Below are positions 49,264 through 63,000 of a DNA stretch of 64,000 nt, one piece after another. This stretch comes from the human T2T-CHM13v2.0 reference genome, Homo sapiens. Under the pieces are notes generated by a model. The model was not told the origin of the DNA and did no database searches. It saw only the letters and a list, made by a program, of their open reading frames with translations. The DNA lies in assembly GCF_009914755.1 (NCBI RefSeq), contig NC_060929.1; one strand, written 5' to 3'. Within the stretch, counting starts at the first letter, position 1. Each line of letters begins with the position of its first letter. The position numbers and the translations under genes are program-made.

Positions 49264-52200
49264 GTGCAATTGGCAAGTGGAGATTTCAAGCGCTTTAAGG
49301 TCAATGGCAGAAAAGGAAATATCTTCGTTTCAAAACTAGACAGAATCATTCCCACAAACTGCGTTGTGATGTGTTCGTTCATCTCACAGAGTTTAACCTA
49401 TCTTTTCATAGAGCAGTTAGGAAACACTCTGTTTGTAAATTCTGTAAGTGGATATTCTGACATCTTGTGGCCTTCGTTGGAAACGGGATTTCTTCATATT
49501 CTGCTAGACAGAAGAATTCTCAGAATCTTCCTTGTGTTGTGTGTATTCAACTCACACAGTTGAACGATGGTTTACACAGAGCAGATTTGAAACACTCTTT
49601 TTGTGGAATTTGCAAGTGGAGATTTCAGCCGCTTTGAGGTCAATGGTAGAAAAGGAAATATCTTCGTATAAAAACTAGACAGAATGATTCTCAGAAACTT
49701 CTTTGTGATGTGTGCGTTCAACTCACAGAGTTTAACCTTTCTTTTCATAGAGCAGTTAGGAAACACTCTGTTTGTAAACTCTGCAAGTGGATATTCAGAC
49801 CTCTTTGAGGCCTTCGTTGGAAACGGGATTTCTTCATACTGTGCTAGACAGAAGAATTCTCAGTAACTTCCTTGTGTTGTGTGTATTCAACTCACAGAGT
49901 TGAACGATCCTTTACACAGAGCAGACTTGAAACACTCTTTTTGTGGAATTTGCAAGTGGAGATTTCAGCCGCGTTGAGGTCAATGGTAGAAAAGGAAATA
50001 TCTTCGTATAAAAACTAGACAGAATGATTCTCAGAAACTCCTTTGAGATGTGTGTGTTCAACTCACAGAGTTTAACCTTTCTTTTCATAGAGCAGTTAGG
50101 AATCACTCTGTTTGTAAAGTCTGCAAGTGGATATTCAGACCTCTTTGAGGCCTTCGTTGGAAACGGGTTTTTTTCATATAAGGCTAGACAGAAGAATTCC
50201 CAGTAACTTCCTTGTGTTGTGTGTGTTCAACTCACAGAGTTGAACTTTCATTTACACAGAGCAGATTTGAAACACTCTTTTTGTGGAATTTGCAAATGGA
50301 GATTTCAAGCGCTTTGAGGCCAAAGGCAGAAAAGGAAATATCTTCGTATAAAAACTAGACAGAATCATTCTCAGAAACTGCTCTGCGATGTGTGCGTTCA
50401 AGTCTCAGAGTTTAACTTTTCTTTTCATTCAGCAGTTTGGAAACACTCTGTTTGTAAAGTCTGCACGTGGATAATTTGACCACTTAGAGGCCTTCGTTGG
50501 AAACTGGTTTTTTTCATGTAAGGCTAGACCGAAGAATTCTCAGTAACTTCCTTGTGTTGTGTGTATTCAACTCACACAGTTGAACGATCCTTTACACAGA
50601 GCAGACTTGTAACACTCTTTTTGTGGAATTTGCAAGTGGAGATTTCAGCCGCTTTGAAGTCAAAGTAGAAAAGGAAATATCTTCCTATAAAAACTAGACA
50701 GAATGATTCTCAGAAACTCCTTTGTGATGTGTGCGTTCAACTCACAGAGTTTAACCTTTCTTTTCATAGAGCAGTTAGGAAACACTCTGTTTCTAAAGTC
50801 TGCAAGTGGATATTCAGACCTCTTTGAGGCCTTCGTTGGAAACGGGTTTTTTTCATATAAGGCTAGACAGAAGAATTCCCAGTAACTTCCTTGTGTTGTG
50901 TGTGTTCAACTCACAGAGTTGAACTTTCATTTACACAGAGCAGATTTGAAACACTCTTTTTGTGGAATTTGCAAGTGGAGATTTCAAGCGCTTTGAGGCC
51001 AAAGGCAGAAAAGGAAATATCTTCGTATAAAAACTAGACAGAATCATTCTCAGAAACTGCTCTGTGATGTGTGCGTTCAACTCTCAGAGTTTAACTTTTC
51101 TTTTCATTCAGCAGTTTGGAAACACTCTGTTTGTAAAGTCTGCACGTGGATAATTTGACCACTTAGAGGCCTTCGTTGGAAACGGGTTTTTTTCATGTAA
51201 GGCTAGACAGAAGAGTTCTCAGTAACTTCCTTGTGTTGTGTGTATTCAACTCACACAGTTGAACGATCCTTTACACAGAGCAGACTTGTAACACTCTTTT
51301 TGTGGAATTTGCAAGTGGAGATTTCAGCCGCTTTGAAGTCAAAGTAGAAAAGGAAATATCTTCCTATAAAAACTAGACAGAATGATTCTCAGAAACTCCT
51401 TTGTGATGTGTGCGTTCAACTCACAGAGTTTAACCTTTCTTTTCATAGAGCAGTTAGGAAACACTCTGTTTGTAAAGTCTGCAAGTGGATATTCAGACCT
51501 CTTTGAGGCCTTCGTTGGAAACGGGTTTTTTTCATATAAGGCTAGACAGAAGAATTCCCAGTAACTTCCTTGTGTTGTGTGTGTTCAACTCACAGAGTTG
51601 AACTTTCATTTACACAGAGCAGATTTGAAACACTCTTTTTGTGGAATTTGCAGGTGGAGATTTCAAGCGCTTTGAGGCCAAAGGCAGAAAAGGAAATATC
51701 TTCGTATAAAAACTAGACAGAATCATTCTCAGAAACTGCTCTGCGATGTGTGCGTTCAAGTCTCAGAGTTTAACTTTTCTTTTCATTCAGCAGTTTGGAA
51801 ACACTCTGTTTGTAAAGTCTGCACGTGGATAATTTGACCACTTAGAGGCCTTCGTTGGAAACGGGTTTTTTTCATGTAAGGCTAGACAGAAGAATTCTCA
51901 GTAACTTCCTTGTGTTGTGTGTATTCAACTCACACAGTTGAACGATCCTTTACACAGAGCAGACTTGTAACACTCTTTTTGTGGAATTTGCAAGTGGAGA
52001 TTTCAGCCGCTTTGAAGTCAAAGTAGAAAAGGAAATATCTTCCTATAAAAACTAGACAGAATGATTCTCAGAAACTCCTTTGTGATGTGTGCGTTCAACT
52101 CACAGAGTTTAACCTTTCTTTTCATAGAGCAGTTAGGAAACACTCTGTTTCTAAAGTCTGCAAGTGGATATTCAGACCTCTTTGAGGCCTTCGTTGGAAA

Positions 52201-54018
52201 CGGGTTTTTTTCATATAAGGCTAGACAGAAGAATTCCCAGTAACTTCCTTGTGTTGTGTGTGTTCAACTCACAGAGTTGAACTTTCATTTACACAGAGCA
52301 GATTTGAAACACTCTTTTTGTGGAATTTGCAAGTGGAGATTTCAAGCGCTTTGAGGCCAAAGGCAGAAAAGGAAATATCTTCGTATAAAAACTAGACAGA
52401 ATCATTCTCAGAAACTGCTCTGTGATGTGTGCGTTCAACTCTCAGAGTTTAACTTTTCTTTTCATTCAGCAGTTTGGAAACACTCTGTTTGTAAAGTCTG
52501 CACGTGGATAATTTGACCACTTAGAGGCCTTCGTTGGAAACGGGTTTTTTTCATGTAAGGCTAGACAGAAGAGTTCTCAGTAACTTCCTTGTGTTGTGTG
52601 TATTCAACTCACACAGTTGAACGATCCTTTACACAGAGCAGACTTGTAACACTCTTTTTGTGGAATTTGCAAGTGGAGATTTCAGCCGCTTTGAAGTCAA
52701 AGTAGAAAAGGAAATATCTTCCTATAAAAACTAGACAGAATGATTCTCAGAAACTCCTTTGTGATGTGTGCGTTCAACTCACAGAGTTTAACCTTTCTTT
52801 TCATAGAGCAGTTAGGAAACACTCTGTTTGTAAAGTCTGCAAGTGGATATTCAGACCTCTTTGAGGCCTTCGTTGGAAACGGGTTTTTTTCATATAAGGC
52901 TAGACAGAAGAATTCCCAGTAACTTCCTTGTGTTGTGTGTGTTCAACTCACAGAGTTGAACTTTCATTTACACAGAGCAGATTTGAAACACTCTTTTTGT
53001 GGAATTTGCAGGTGGAGATTTCAAGCGCTTTGAGGCCAAAGGCAGAAAAGGAAATATCTTCGTATAAAAACTAGACAGAATCATTCTCAGAAACTGCTCT
53101 GCGATGTGTGCGTTCAACTCTCAGAGTTTAACTTTTCTTTTCATTCAGCAGTTTGGAAACACTCTGTTTGTAAAGTCTGCACGTGGATAATTTGACCACT
53201 TAGAGGCCTTCGTTGGAAACGGGTTTTTTTCATGTAAGGCTAGACAGAAGAATTCTCAGTAACTTCCTTGTGTTGTGTGTATTCAACTCACAGAGTTGAA
53301 CGATCCTTTACACAGAGCAGACTTGTAACACTCTTTTTGTGGAATTTGCAAGTGGAGATTTCAGCCGCTTTGAAGTCAAAGGTAGAAAAGGAAATATCTT
53401 CCTATAAAAACTAGACAGAATGATTCTCAGAAACTCCTTTGTGATGTGTGCGTTCAACTCACAGAGTTTAACCTTTCTTTTCATAGAGCAGTTAGGAAAC
53501 ACTCTGCTTGTAAAGTCTGCAAGTGGATATTCAGCCCTCTTTGAGGCCTTCGTTGGAAACGGGTTTTTTTCATATAAGGCTAGACAGAAGAATTCCCAGT
53601 AACTTCCTTGTGTTGTGTGTGTTCAACTCACAGAGTTGAACTTTGATTTACACAGAGCAGATTTGAAACACTCTTTTTGTGGAATTTGCAAGTGGAGATT
53701 TCAAGCGCTTTGAGGCCAAAGGCAGAAAAGGAAATATCTTCGTATAAAAACTAGACAGAATCATTCTCAGAAACTGCTCTGCGATGTGTGCGTTCAACTC
53801 TCAGAGTTTAACTTTTCTTTTCATTCAGCAGTTTGGAAACACTCTGTTTGTAAAGTCTGCACGTGGATATTTTGACCACTTAGAGGCCTTCGTTGGAAAC
53901 GGGTTTTTTTCCTGTAAGGCTAGACAGAAGAATTCCCAGTAACTTCCTTGTGTTGTGTACATTCAACTCACAGAGTTGAACGTTCCCTTAGACAGAGCAG
54001 ATTTGAAACACTCTTTTT
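49264..54018 (+). repeat. 28-mer HOR variant ABCD(ED)5, 4755 bp
   Basis: Five E dimers (ORF-track anchors 50703, 51382, 52061, 52740, 53420). Length is 14x340-5, matching the 339-bp A dimer plus four 1-bp-deleted E dimers. Confidence 0.9.
50492..50508 (+). other. Mutated CENP-B box (CTTCGTTGGAAACTGGT)
   Basis: G>T at 50505 in the essential CGGG. Confidence 0.88.
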
Positions 54019-57000
54019 GTGCAATTGGCAAGTGGAGATTTCAAGCGCTTTAAGGTCAATGGCAGAAAAGGAAATATCTTCGTTTCAAAACTAGACAGAA
54101 TCATTCCCACAAACTGCGTTGTGATGTGTTCGTTCATCTCACAGAGTTTAACCTATCTTTTCATAGAGCAGTTAGGAAACACTCTGTTTGTAAATTCTGT
54201 AAGTGGATATTCTGACATCTTGTGGCCTTCGTTGGAAACGGGATTTCTTCATATTCTGCTAGACAGAAGAATTCTCAGAATCTTCCTTGTGTTGTGTGTA
54301 TTCAACTCACACAGTTGAACGATGGTTTACACAGAGCAGATTTGAAACACTCTTTTTGTGGAATTTCCAAGTGGAGATTTCAGCCGCTTTGAGGTCAATG
54401 GTAGAAAAGGAAATATCTTCGTATAAAAACTAGACAGAATGATTCTCAGAAACTTCTTTGTGATGTGTGCGTTCAACTCACAGAGTTTAACCTTTCTTTT
54501 CATAGAGCAGTTAGGAAACACTCTGTTTGTAAACTCTGCAAGTGGATATTCAGACCTCTTTGAGGCCTTCGTTGGAAACGGGATTTCTTCATACTGTGCT
54601 AGACAGAAGAATTCTCAGTAACTTCCTTGTGTTGTGTGTATTCAACTCACAGAGTTGAACGATCCTTTACACAGAGCAGACTTGAAACACTCTTTTTGTG
54701 GAATTTGCAAGTGGAGATTTCAGCCGCGTTGAGGTCAATGGTAGAAAAGGAAATATCTTCGTATAAAAACTAGACAGAATGATTCTCAGAAACTCCTTTG
54801 AGATGTGTGTGTTCAACTCACAGAGTTTAACCTTTCTTTTCATAGAGCAGTTAGGAATCACTCTGTTTGTAAAGTCTGCAAGTGGATATTCAGACCTCTT
54901 TGAGGCCTTCGTTGGAAACGGGTTTTTTTCATATAAGGCTAGACAGAAGAATTCCCAGTAACTTCCTTGTGTTGTGTGTGTTCAACTCACAGAGTTGAAC
55001 TTTCATTTACACAGAGCAGATTTGAAACACTCTTTTTGTGGAATTTGCAAATGGAGATTTCAAGCGCTTTGAGGCCAAAGGCAGAAAAGGAAATATCTTC
55101 GTATAAAAACTAGACAGAATCATTCTCAGAAACTGCTCTGCGATGTGTGCGTTCAAGTCTCAGAGTTTAACTTTTCTTTTCATTCAGCAGTTTGGAAACA
55201 CTCTGTTTGTAAAGTCTGCACGTGGATAATTTGACCACTTAGAGGCCTTCGTTGGAAACGGGTTTTTTTCATGTAAGGCTAGACAGAAGAATTCTCAGTA
55301 ACTTCCTTGTGTTGTGTGTATTCAACTCACAGAGTTGAACGATCCTTTACACAGAGCAGACTTGTAACACTCTTTTTGTGGAATTTGCAAGTGGAGATTT
55401 CAGCCGCTTTGAAGTCAAAGGTAGAAAAGGAAATATCTTCCTATAAAAACTAGACAGAATGATTCTCAGAAACTCCTTTGTGATGTGTGCGTTCAACTCA
55501 CAGAGTTTAACCTTTCTTTTCATAGAGGAGTTAGGAAACACTCTGTTTGTAAAGTCTGCAAGTGGATATTCAGACCTCTTTGAGGCCTTCGTTGGAAACG
55601 GGTTTTTTTCATATAAGGCTAGACAGAAGAATTCCCAGTAACTTCCTTGTGTTGTGTGTGTTCAACTCACAGAGTTGAACTTTCATTTACACAGAGCAGA
55701 TTTGAAACACTCTTTTTGTGGAATTTGCAAGTGGAGATTTCAAGCGCTTTGAGGCCAAAGGCAGAAAAGGAAATATCTTCGTATAAAAACTAGACAGAAT
55801 CATTCTCAGAAACTGCTCTGTGATGTGTGCGTTCAACTCTCAGAGTTTAACTTTTCTTTTCATTCAGCAGTTTGGAAACACTCTGTTTGTAAAGTCTGCA
55901 CGTGGATAATTTGACCACTTAGAGGCCTTCGTTGGAAACGGGTTTTTTTCATGTAAGGCTAGACAGAAGAGTTCTCAGTAACTTCCTTGTGTTGTGTGTA
56001 TTCAACTCACACAGTTGAACGATCCTTTACAAAGAGCAGACTTGTAACACTCTTTTTGTGGAATTTGCAAGTGGAGATTTCAGCCGCTTTGAAGTCAAAG
56101 TAGAAAAGGAAATATCTTCCTATAAAAACTAGACAGAATGATTCTCAGAAACTCCTTTGTGATGTGTGCGTTCAACTCACAGAGTTTAACCTTTCTTTTC
56201 ATAGAGCAGTTAGGAAACACTCTGTTTGTAAAGTCTGCAAGTGGATATTCAGACCTCTTTGAGGCCTTCGTTGGAAACGGGTTTTTTTCATATAAGGCTA
56301 GACAGAAGAATTCCCAGTAACTTCCTTGTGTTGTGTGTGTTCAACTCACAGAGTTGAACTTTCATTTACACAGAGCAGATTTGAAACACTCTTTTTGTGG
56401 AATTTGCAGGTGGAGATTTCAAGCGCTTTGAGGCCAAAGGCAGAAAAGGAAATATCTTCGTATAAAAACTAGACAGAATCATTCTCAGAAACTGCTCTGC
56501 GATGTGTGCATTCAACTCTCAGAGTTTAACTTTTCTTTTCATTCAGCAGTTTGGAAACACTCTGTTTGTAAAGTCTGCACGTGGATAATTTGACCACTTA
56601 GAGGCCTTCGTTGGAAACGGGTTTTTTTCATGTAAGGCTAGACAGAAGAATTCTCAGTAACTTCCTTGTGTTGTGTGTATTCAACTCACAGAGTTGAACG
56701 ATCCTTTACACAGAGCAGACTTGTAACACTCTTTTTGTGGAATTTGCAAGTGGAGATTTCAGCCGCTTTGAAGTCAAAGGTAGAAAAGGAAATATCTTCC
56801 TATAAAAACTAGACAGAATGATTCTCAGAAACTCCTTTGTGATGTGTGAATTCAACTCACAGAGTTTAACCTTTCTTTTCATAGAGCAGTTAGGAAACAC
56901 TCTGCTTGTAAAGTCTGCAAGTGGATATTCAGCCCTCTTTGAGGCCTTCGTTGGAAACGGGTTTTTTTCATATAAGGCTAGACAGAAGAATTCCCAGTAA

Positions 57001-60000
57001 CTTCCTTGTGTTGTGTGTGTTCAACTCACAGAGTTGAACTTTGATTTACACAGAGCAGATTTGAAACACTCTTTTTGTGGAATTTGCAAGTGGAGATTTC
57101 AAGCGCTTTGAGGCCAAAGGCAGAAAAGGAAATATCTTCGTATAAAAACTAGACAGAATCATTCTCAGAAACTGCTCTGCGATGTGTGCGTTCAACTCTC
57201 AGAGTTTAACTTTTCTTTTCATTCAGCAGTTTGGAAACACTCTGTTTGTAAAGTCTGCACGTGGATATTTTGACCACTTAGAGGCCTTCGTTGGAAACGG
57301 GTTTTTTTCCTGTAAGGCTAGACAGAAGAATTCCCAGTAACTTCCTTGTGTTGTGTACATTCAACTCACAGAGTTGAACGTTCCCTTAGACAGAGCCGAT
57401 TTGAAACACTCTTTTTGTGCAATTGGCAAGTGGAGATTTCAAGCGCTTTAAGGTCAATGGCAGAAAAGGAAATATCTTCGTTTCAAAACTAGACAGAATC
57501 ATTCCCACAAACTGCGTTGTGATGTGTTCGTTCATCTCACAGAGTTTAACCTATCTTTTCATAGAGCAGTTAGGAAACACTCTGTTTGTAAATTCTGTAA
57601 GTGGATATTCTGACATCTTGTGGCCTTCGTTGGAAACGGGATTTCTTCATATTCTGCTAGACAGAAGAATTCTCAGAATCTTCCTTGTGTTGTGTGTATT
57701 CAACTCACACAGTTGAACGATGGTTTACACAGAGCAGATTTGAAACACTCTTTTTGTGGAATTTGCAAGTGGAGATTTCAGCCGCTTTGAGGTCAATGGT
57801 AGAAAAGGAAATATCTTCGTATAAAAACTAGACAGAATGATTCTCAGAAACTTCTTTGTGATGTGTGCGTTCAACTCACAGAGTTTAACCTTTCTTTTCA
57901 TAGAGCAGTTAGGAAACACTCTGTTTGTAAACTCTGCAAGTGGATATTCAGACCTCTTTGAGGCCTTCGTTGGAAACGGGATTTCTTCATACTGTGCTAG
58001 ACAGAAGAATTCTCAGTAACTTCCTTGTGTTGTGTGTATTCAACTCACAGAGTTGAACGATCCTTTACACAGAGCAGACTTGAAACACTCTTTTTGTGGA
58101 ATTTGCAAGTGGAGATTTCAGCCGCGTTGAGGTCAATGGTAGAAAAGGAAATATCTTCGTATAAAAACTAGACAGAATGATTCTCAGAAACTCCTTTGAG
58201 ATGTGTGTGTTCAACTCACAGAGTTTAACCTTTCTTTTCATAGAGCAGTTAGGAATCACTCTGTTTGTAAAGTCTGCAAGTGGATATTCAGACCTCTTTG
58301 AGGCCTTCGTTGGAAACGGGTTTTTTTCATATAAGGCTAGACAGAAGAATTCCCAGTAACTTCCTTGTGTTGTGTGTGTTCAACTCACAGAGTTGAACTT
58401 TCATTTACACAGAGCAGATTTGAAACACTCTTTTTGTGGAATTTGCAAATGGAGATTTCAAGCGCTTTGAGGCCAAAGGCAGAAAAGGAAATATCTTCGT
58501 ATAAAAACTAGACAGAATCATTCTCAGAAACTGCTCTGCGATGTGTGCGTTCAACTCTCAGAGTTTAACTTTGCTTTTCATTCAGCAGTTTGGAAACACT
58601 CTGTTTGTAAAGTCTGCACGTGGATAATTTGACCACTTAGAGGCCTTCGTTGGAAACGGGTTTTTTTCATGTAAGGCTAGACAGAAGAATTCTCAGTAAC
58701 TTCCTTGTGTTGTGTGTATTCAACTCACAGAGTTGAACGATCCTTTACACAGAGCAGACTTGTAACACTCTTTTTGTGGAATTTGCAAGTGGAGATTTCA
58801 GCCGCTTTGAAGTCAAAGGTAGAAAAGGAAATATCTTCCTATAAAAACTAGACAGAATGATTCTCAGAAACTCCTTTGTGATGTGTGCGTTCAACTCACA
58901 GAGTTTAACCTTTCTTTTCATAGAGGAGTTAGGAAACACTCTGTTTGTAAAGTCTGCAAGTGGATATTCAGACCTCTTTGAGGCCTTCGTTGGAAACGGG
59001 TTTTTTTCATATAAGGCTAGACAGAAGAATTCCCAGTAACTTCCTTGTGTTGTGTGTGTTCAACTCACAGAGTTGAACTTTCATTTACACAGAGCAGATT
59101 TGAAACACTCTTTTTGTGGAATTTGCAAGTGGAGATTTCAAGCGCTTTGAGGCCAAAGGCAGAAAAGGAAATATCTTCGTATAAAAACTAGACAGAATCA
59201 TTCTCAGAAACTGCTCTGTGATGTGTGCGTTCAACTCTCAGAGTTTAACTTTTCTTTTCATTCAGCAGTTTGGAAACACTCTGTTTGTAAAGTCTGCACG
59301 TGGATAATTTGACCACTTAGAGGCCTTCGTTGGAAACGGGTTTTTTTCATGTAAGGCTAGACAGAAGAGTTCTCAGTAACTTCCTTGTGTTGTGTGTATT
59401 CAACTCACACAGTTGAACGATCCTTTACAAAGAGCAGACTTGTAACACTCTTTTTGTGGAATTTGCAAGTGGAGATTTCAGCCGCTTTGAAGTCAAAGTA
59501 GAAAAGGAAATATCTTCCTATAAAAACTAGACAGAATGATTCTCAGAAACTCCTTTGTGATGTGTGCGTTCAACTCACAGAGTTTAACCTTTCTTTTCAT
59601 AGAGCAGTTAGGAAACACTCTGTTTGTAAAGTCTGCAAGTGGATATTCAGACCTCTTTGAGGCCTTCGTTGGAAACGGGTTTTTTTCATATAAGGCTAGA
59701 CAGAAGAATTCCCAGTAACTTCCTTGTGTTGTGTGTGTTCAACTCACAGAGTTGAACTTTCATTTACACAGAGCAGATTTGAAACACTCTTTTTGTGGAA
59801 TTTGCAGGTGGAGATTTCAAGCGCTTTGAGGCCAAAGGCAGAAAAGGAAATATCTTCGTATAAAAACTAGACAGAATCATTCTCAGAAACTGCTCTGCGA
59901 TGTGTGCATTCAACTCTCAGAGTTTAACTTTTCTTTTCATTCAGCAGTTTGGAAACACTCTGTTTGTAAAGTCTGCACGTGGATAATTTGACCACTTAGA

Positions 60001-63000
60001 GGCCTTCGTTGGAAACGGGTTTTTTTCATGTAAGGCTAGACAGAAGAATTCTCAGTAACTTCCTTGTGTTGTGTGTATTCAACTCACAGAGTTGAACGAT
60101 CCTTTACACAGAGCAGACTTGTAACACTCTTTTTGTGGAATTTGCAAGTGGAGATTTCAGCCGCTTTGAAGTCAAAGGTAGAAAAGGAAATATCTTCCTA
60201 TAAAAACTAGACAGAATGATTCTCAGAAACTCCTTTGTGATGTGTGAATTCAACTCACAGAGTTTAACCTTTCTTTTCATAGAGCAGTTAGGAAACACTC
60301 TGCTTGTAAAGTCTGCAAGTGGATATTCAGCCCTCTTTGAGGCCTTCGTTGGAAACGGGTTTTTTTCATATAAGGCTAGACAGAAGAATTCCCAGTAACT
60401 TCCTTGTGTTGTGTGTGTTCAACTCACAGAGTTGAACTTTGATTTACACAGAGCAGATTTGAAACACTCTTTTTGTGGAATTTGCAAGTGGAGATTTCAA
60501 GCGCTTTGAGGCCAAAGGCAGAAAAGGAAATATCTTCGTATAAAAACTAGACAGAATCATTCTCAGAAACTGCTCTGCGATGTGTGCGTTCAACTCTCAG
60601 AGTTTAACTTTTCTTTTCATTCAGCAGTTTGGAAACACTCTGTTTGTAAAGTCTGCACGTGGATATTTTGACCACTTAGAGGCCTTCGTTGGAAACGGGT
60701 TTTTTTCCTGTAAGGCTAGACAGAAGAATTCCCAGTAACTTCCTTGTGTTGTGTACATTCAACTCACAGAGTTGAACGTTCCCTTAGACAGAGCCGATTT
60801 GAAACACTCTTTTTGTGCAATTGGCAAGTGGAGATTTCAAGCGCTTTAAGGTCAATGGCAGAAAAGGAAATATCTTCGTTTCAAAACTAGACAGAATCAT
60901 TCCCACAAACTGCGTTGTGATGTGTTCGTTCATCTCACAGAGTTTAACCTATCTTTTCATAGAGCAGTTAGGAAACACTCTGTTTGTAAATTCTGTAAGT
61001 GGATATTCTGACATCTTGTGGCCTTCGTTGGAAACGGGATTTCTTCATATTCTGCTAGACAGAAGAATTCTCAGAATCTTCCTTGTGTTGTGTGTATTCA
61101 ACTCACACAGTTGAACGATGGTTTACACAGAGCAGATTTGAAACACTCTTTTTGTGGAATTTGCAAGTGGAGATTTCAGCCGCTTTGAGGTCAATGGTAG
61201 AAAAGGAAATATCTTCGTATAAAAACTAGACAGAATGATTCTCAGAAACTTCTTTGTGATGTGTGCGTTCAACTCACAGAGTTTAACCTTTCTTTTCATA
61301 GAGCAGTTAGGAAACACTCTGTTTGTAAACTCTGCAAGTGGATATTCAGACCTCTTTGAGGCCTTCGTTGGAAACGGGATTTCTTCATACTGTGCTAGAC
61401 AGAAGAATTCTCAGTAACTTCCTTGTGTTGTGTGTATTCAACTCACAGAGTTGAACGATCCTTTACACAGAGCAGACTTGAAACACTCTTTTTGTGGAAT
61501 TTGCAAGTGGAGATTTCAGCCGCGTTGAGGTCAATGGTAGAAAAGGAAATATCTTCGTATAAAAACTAGACAGAATGATTCTCAGAAACTCCTTTGAGAT
61601 GTGTGTGTTCAACTCACAGAGTTTAACCTTTCTTTTCATAGAGCAGTTAGGAATCACTCTGTTTGTAAAGTCTGCAAGTGGATATTCAGACCTCTTTGAG
61701 GCCTTCGTTGGAAACGGGTTTTTTTCATATAAGGCTAGACAGAAGAATTCCCAGTAACTTCCTTGTGTTGTGTGTGTTCAACTCACAGAGTTGAACTTTC
61801 ATTTACACAGAGCAGATTTGAAACACTCTTTTTGTGGAATTTGCAAATGGAGATTTCAAGCGCTTTGAGGCCAAAGGCAGAAAAGGAAATATCTTCGTAT
61901 AAAAACTAGACAGAATCATTCTCAGAAACTGCTCTGCGATGTGTGCGTTCAACTCTCAGAGTTTAACTTTGCTTTTCATTCAGCAGTTTGGAAACACTCT
62001 GTTTGTAAAGTCTGCACGTGGATAATTTGACCACTTAGAGGCCTTCGTTGGAAACGGGTTTTTTTCATGTAAGGCTAGACAGAAGAATTCTCAGTAACTT
62101 CCTTGTGTTGTGTGTATTCAACTCACAGAGTTGAACGATCCTTTACACAGAGCAGACTTGTAACACTCTTTTTGTGGAATTTGCAAGTGGAGATTTCAGC
62201 CGCTTTGAAGTCAAAGGTAGAAAAGGAAATATCTTCCTATAAAAACTAGACAGAATGATTCTCAGAAACTCCTTTGTGATGTGTGCGTTCAACTCACAGA
62301 GTTTAACCTTTCTTTTCATAGAGGAGTTAGGAAACACTCTGTTTGTAAAGTCTGCAAGTGGATATTCAGACCTCTTTGAGGCCTTCGTTGGAAACGGGTT
62401 TTTTTCATATAAGGCTAGACAGAAGAATTCCCAGTAACTTCCTTGTGTTGTGTGTGTTCAACTCACAGAGTTGAACTTTCATTTACACAGAGCAGATTTG
62501 AAACACTCTTTTTGTGGAATTTGCAAGTGGAGATTTCAAGCGCTTTGAGGCCAAAGGCAGAAAAGGAAATATCTTCGTATAAAAACTAGACAGAATCATT
62601 CTCAGAAACTGCTCTGTGATGTGTGCGTTCAACTCTCAGAGTTTAACTTTTCTTTTCATTCAGCAGTTTGGAAACACTCTGTTTGTAAAGTCTGCACGTG
62701 GATAATTTGACCACTTAGAGGCCTTCGTTGGAAACGGGTTTTTTTCATGTAAGGCTAGACAGAAGAGTTCTCAGTAACTTCCTTGTGTTGTGTGTATTCA
62801 ACTCACACAGTTGAACGATCCTTTACAAAGAGCAGACTTGTAACACTCTTTTTGTGGAATTTGCAAGTGGAGATTTCAGCCGCTTTGAAGTCAAAGTAGA
62901 AAAGGAAATATCTTCCTATAAAAACTAGACAGAATGATTCTCAGAAACTCCTTTGTGATGTGTGCGTTCAACTCACAGAGTTTAACCTTTCTTTTCATAG

